This document shows, one piece after another, positions 60,101 to 64,000 of a stretch of 64,000 nt of DNA; position 1 is the stretch's first letter; the number at the start of each line of letters is the position of its first letter. Where the stretch lies: NCBI GenBank assembly GCA_002269645.1, contig NIVC01000652.1:186001-250000 (forward strand), given 5' to 3'. Origin of the DNA: Macrostomum lignano. Taxonomy: Eukaryota. Below the pieces are notes generated by a model. The model was given only the letters and a program-made list of their open reading frames with translations. It did no database searches and was not told where the DNA came from. Made by a program: the position numbers and the translations under genes.

Positions 60101-63046
60101 GGACGAATTCAATCGCAAAAAAGTATAGTTCAATTAAACCTAATGTACACGAGCACTAATTCACTTAACTTGCTTACTTAATTTAAAGCTGACAGACAAT
60201 GGGCCGTATGCAGAAAGCTTAGTCCAGACTAGCTAGTCCGGACTTGGGTAGTTCAGTCTATAGTCTATGGTCTAGCTACCCTAGTTCTGCTTTAGTAGAC
60301 CGGTCTAACTTTGCGTTTCTGCATACCAAATCCAAGTCCAGACTAGTTTTTCAAGACCGGACTACCCTAGACAGAGCTTTCTGCATACGGCCCAATAAAT
60401 AGAAATTCTGGCTACTTTTCTAGGGATACCGCGATCCCGAAACTTGCTAAAATCCCGTGGTTGGTATTACTGGATTCTCGGAGTTTAATTTAGGGATCCC
60501 AGTACTGACTTCCCCAACTCTCACTGCTACTTTTTCTATTTGACTGTAACTGTAGCATTTTCTGCAGCAGCTCTTGGAGCTATTTTGCTGCTCGATACAT
60601 CAACACATCACAGACAGGGAGAGAAACAAAGGCACACAGTTGTTGCCAAAGAGCCGAAGCAGGCAAGAACGTCTTGAAAAGAAAGCAGAGCACCATCTTG
60701 CAAGAAGTTCTGGCAAATAAGCAGACACAAAGATTGCTGCGCTCAGAGCAAGATGAAGCAGCTCAGAAACAAGCAAATCATTCGATATTACCGGCACTGA
60801 TAGAGAGTGCTTTGGCCGCGTTGGCGGCTGCAGCAGCTCCGACTCGGCCATGGAAATGGCGCAGGAGGCGCTGCGCCTGCTGACTCGTTGGACTTGACGC
60901 GCCTGACCGGAGCGCATCAGGGCGGCGCGCAGGAGCGACTCGGAGGCGGCCGGTGCAACCAGGAGCTGCGGCTGGCTGTCTGACGGGCTCAGCTAATGGG
61001 AAGTTTTTCCAGCCGTTCAGAACTCGTTTGGCGTGGATTGTGAATGACGCAGCCAGTATAAACCCGTCACGTGACATGCGCGTCCGCGTCGTCTTTAAGA
61101 GACTCACTCATCTCTTCCTTAACCCCCTCCACTAACTTCACCCTCTTTTTTGCGTACCCCACCAGCTCTACAATCTTGCCTACCTCACCAGCTCCACGAT
61201 CTTGTCTACCTTGCTCTACTCTGCATCTGTATGAGCAACTCAGGATTGAGATAATTTTCCTGGAGAAGACATGTGAATTTGCAGGTATAATTAAAGCGGG
61301 TTTCAACCCCCCCCCCCCAGTTTTAGTTTTGCATCCACCGAGTTGCACAGATGTAATTTTCAATTAAGACTGCCCAGCATTTCGGCAAGCAAGCAAAAAT
61401 TACTCATGCACACGTCACGGAACTTGGATGTGGTTACACACCCTAGAAACAAAAAGCAAATAAATTTTATTGCTCCTGGCTGAAATTTTCAGTGCTAAAG
61501 TTTTTACCGGTTTTTTGCCAATTACCGGAGGCGATCAACTGCCGGGGGTTTGATCTCGGAGTGGAGAGATCTACGACGGCTGTCTCGAATCCATGTTCGC
61601 ACCCGTTTAGACAGGAAGGCGTGTTGAACTGGCAGGCCGCGCCCAGTTTGAGGACACGCCAACAAAGCAACTTATTTTAGATTTCAAGAAAAAGCAAAAA
61701 AATTTGCTAAGCAAAATGCTGAGTTAATCTTCGCCTCTAAGGGGTTTGAGCGGAGACAAGCGGCCAAGTTGAGTTGATGATGGGCTCGTCCCGGAAGCTG
61801 GGTCAGCAGCGGCAATCAGCCAGCTGGGAGGGCTGATTAAGCGCGCCAGGAATAAGCGCGCACGTGTATTTTTTTGCACACGTCGGAATAAGCGCGCAGG
61901 GAACAAGCGCGCACGGAAAAATGTTGGAATAAGCGCGCTGCGATATATCAAAAAACTGTAATAAGCGCGCATCGATATTCCTCGATACAGGAATGAGCGC
62001 GCAAAGTTTTGTCAAAATACTGTAATAAGCGCGCATCATCCATACAGGAAAGAGCGCGCAACATTTTTTAAAAGTCGCTGTCCCTCTGCTTCGTGATTGT
62101 GGACTGATGTCACACTCAGGCTTACCGTCTTGATGCTGCAATAGGCGACCAGGACAGTGTTTGTCGCAGCAGCGGAAACCGACTTTGCTTCTATCTCTGC
62201 CACTATCTTTTCGATAGACGAATTCGTCCTTTACAAAAAGTTTTGAACCGCGACGGTTTCCTTCTATGCACTCCATAGCTGGAAGTAACACTGAATAATT
62301 TGATCGCAGTGTAATCGGCTTTTAAACGCCGCAATTGAAAGTGTAAGTCATATCAGGCCCACAACCTGATTTGCACGCTCCATGCGCTGGGCACTGTACA
62401 TTGCACCCCTCTCCCCTGCAGCCAATCAGAAGCCGCGAGAGCCAACTGTGGCCAGTCAGTCAGATATTGAGCCTAAAGGCCCATGCCCTTTGAAAATTTC
62501 AGGCCCCTGCAGTCAGTCAGTTAAAAGCAGCTGCGCGCTCATTCCGAAAGCGGGTAAAATTTTGGCGCGCTTGTTCCAAGTCATGGGAAAACTCGTGCGC
62601 GCTTTTTCCTGTATCGATCAAAAATACTGCGCGCTTATTCCGGTCTGTGGAAAGTTGACTGCGCGCTTATTCAGGTTTTGGTCCGTTCTCCGAACGATGT
62701 AAAATATGTGCGAAAATGCGCGCTTGTTCCTGGCGCGCTTAATCTAGCTACCCAGCCAGCTGAGCCCGGCTGCAAGGTGCGTAGGGTATGTGCCCACAGT
62801 GTCGCTCAGCCCCTCTCAACAAGTCAGAACTCACCGTCCCGCCGCCGGCGCCGTAGATGTCGGTGGCGGAGCCTTTCCTGGGTGCTGTACGCAGGTTGAA
62901 AGTCGGACTGCTGCCCGTTTTGCACATCCTGCCGCTCCCACTGCCACCTCCGCTGACGAATCCAGCAAATGACCTCAGGTGCTGCTGCTGCTGGTTCTGC
63001 TGCTGCGGTTGCTGCTGTTGCTGTTGTTTTTGGTGATGGTCAGGTC
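54152..63046 (-). CDS. 3' part of an uncharacterised low-complexity multi-exon protein (Q-rich, several RRxS/RKxS motifs)
   Basis: Minus-strand exons 63046-62835, 60992-60792, (59256-59245), 57008-56829, 54694-54635, 54193-54152 (stop). All have AG/GT borders and splice in one frame: ..RKGSATDIYGAGGGT|LSPSDSQ..KHSLSVP|..|DEANRSF..SAQSFLA|EKLGTSPIRRSSFNALSDTV|MNLFSGAGGSKFS*. Upstream exons unresolved. Confidence 0.65.
54911..55058. mobile_element. Small MITE-like inverted repeat
   Basis: CTGGAG(C/T)GGAA(G/A)CGA..GTTTTACCTCATGAGGCC at the left and its reverse complement at 55017-55058. Confidence 0.55.
56336..56497. repeat. 19-bp minisatellite with internal palindrome
   Basis: Unit GGGCACTCCAACCCGAGTT, about 8 copies, no spacers. 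Confidence 0.9.
58660..58981. mobile_element. TA-flanked MITE, copy 2
   Basis: TIR TACTCAGCAACA / TGTTGCTGAGTA flanked by TA. Internal homology to copy 1. Confidence 0.7.
59790..60125. mobile_element. MITE with about 100-bp TIRs, TA-flanked
   Basis: TACTTTTTTGCGATTGAATTCGTCCAAACTGCAAAACC... and its reverse complement ending ...CAATCGCAAAAAAGTA. Confidence 0.8.
60201..60393. mobile_element. PIF/Harbinger-type MITE
   Basis: 19-bp perfect TIR GGGCCGTATGCAGAAAGCT; 3-bp TSD AAT. Confidence 0.75.
61826..62752 (-). mobile_element. Internally deleted Mutator (MULE) element with FLYWCH-like fragment
   Basis: 9-bp TSD CAGCCAGCT (61817-61825, 62753-62761). Imperfect TIRs ...GATTAAGCGCGCCAGGAA(T/C)AAGCGCGCA with many subterminal AAGCGCGC repeats. 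Internal peptide KLFVKDEFVYRKDS..VGFRCCDKHCPGRL. Confidence 0.8.
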
Positions 63047-63906
63047 CTGAAATCAGATCAAAGTGAATTGGCTGTGGTTTGACAATAAGATTGGTTTTGC
63101 ATAGTAACTAAAGGTTACTAAGGTCACGCTAGAATTCCGGATTCACGAATGAGATTGAAAGAATATTGAGGAATACAACATGTTGAAAATTCACTACAGT
63201 GAGTCTGCGCACACATTTTGTTTTGGCAAAGGCTGTCCATGACAAGGTGCTTTACTTATGGTTGACACAGATTTTGTGCCTCAAGGTCTATAAACTAATG
63301 TGTCGCCTCGAGCACGCTTTTGGCGAGCTCATCGGGGTGCCCACAGCTACATGTATGAGCAGTGCCGAAGGCGCCAGCATCTAGCTCGGATTCTGTTTCC
63401 GGTAGAAAAAATATTGACCCTCCACAAAGTCCATGCTGCTTGCAGCCACGCGACCGCCTGCGCCAGCGCAGTTTCCTGAAAAGCAATCTCCAAATTTGGA
63501 ATGCGTCTAAAGCAGCCCCTGAATTCAATGAGGCCAATGAAGTTGCGCTTCAGTCCACGAGTGCAAAGTCCTTTTCCCTTCTTCTCCGCCGCGTCATTGG
63601 CTGCTGGGTGGGCAGGGAGGCTGGGTGGTGGGGATGGATATCCCATGAGACGGGTTGGGGATCTGGGGGCACTGCTCCCTCCAAGATCTCCACGCTCTGG
63701 GCCCCGACTCTCCGCTATTAAGACGGCTTGACAGCCCCTCTAAGGCGCCACTTTTTCACTTTCAACTGGGCACGAGCTGCTAGAGCGATACGAGCGAACT
63801 CAAGAACAGGCAAAATCCCCCTGCGACTGCGTTGAGAAACATTGAGCACTGCTGAGAACCTGAATCGCCCGCAATGCATTTGACTCTCGCTACGGCCGTG
63901 GCCACC

Positions 63907-64000
63907 ATGGCACTGCTGCTCTCTGTCGCCGACGGAAGCAAGGCCAAGACGGAGGAGGTCGAGCACAAGAGGTTCGCTGCCCCGGGTCAGTACGACTGGA
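63907..64000 (+). CDS. Probable N-terminus of a plus-strand gene, truncated by window edge
   Basis: Perfect Kozak GCCACCATGG; open GC3-rich frame MALLLSVADGSKAKTEEVEHKRFAAPGQYDW to the edge. Confidence 0.5.
   Translation, partial: MALLLSVADGSKAKTEEVEHKRFAAPGQYDW

Noticed and set aside
63295-63731. ORFs as the first exon of the minus-strand gene
   Set aside because: I could not find a donor giving the phase-1 junction needed at 63046; left unresolved.

Overview
Eukaryotic (metazoan) genomic DNA with GC-rich exons, AT-rich spacers and introns packed with minisatellites and MITEs. The composition and intron style suggest a Macrostomum-like flatworm, but that is inference only. I found no rRNA, true tRNA gene or CRISPR array. 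Main contents, left to right: (1) a very young, full-length Ty3/Gypsy LTR retrotransposon (2329-11069, minus strand) with gag, a -1 frameshift site, PR-RT-RH, integrase (out of frame by 1 nt), an extra non-env ORF3 and a tRNA-Leu PBS. It lies antisense, apparently within an intron of an RNF115/RNF126-type RING E3 ligase gene whose last three exons are visible. (2) A 9-exon HELZ2-like gene of about 2105 aa (RNB exoribonuclease plus one SF1B helicase). (3) A small orphan type-I membrane protein, Tctex-1/DYNLT, an uncharacterised multi-exon gene, a divergent intronless ELAV-family gene and ceramide glucosyltransferase UGCG. (4) The 3' part of a minus-strand multi-exon gene with a candidate 12-nt microexon, and the start of a plus-strand gene at the window edge. 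Non-autonomous DNA transposons (hAT, Merlin-like, MULE, Harbinger, TA-flanked) were defined by TIRs and target-site duplications. Most striking observation: the retrotransposon LTR carries colinear blocks matching most of its own primer tRNA-Leu, antisense in the element RNA. The block matching the tRNA 5' end is amplified as a variable 25-bp tandem array, and a second PBS-like site sits inside the LTR. Also notable: several intronic minisatellites are built from splice signals (tandem donors, tandem branch points).
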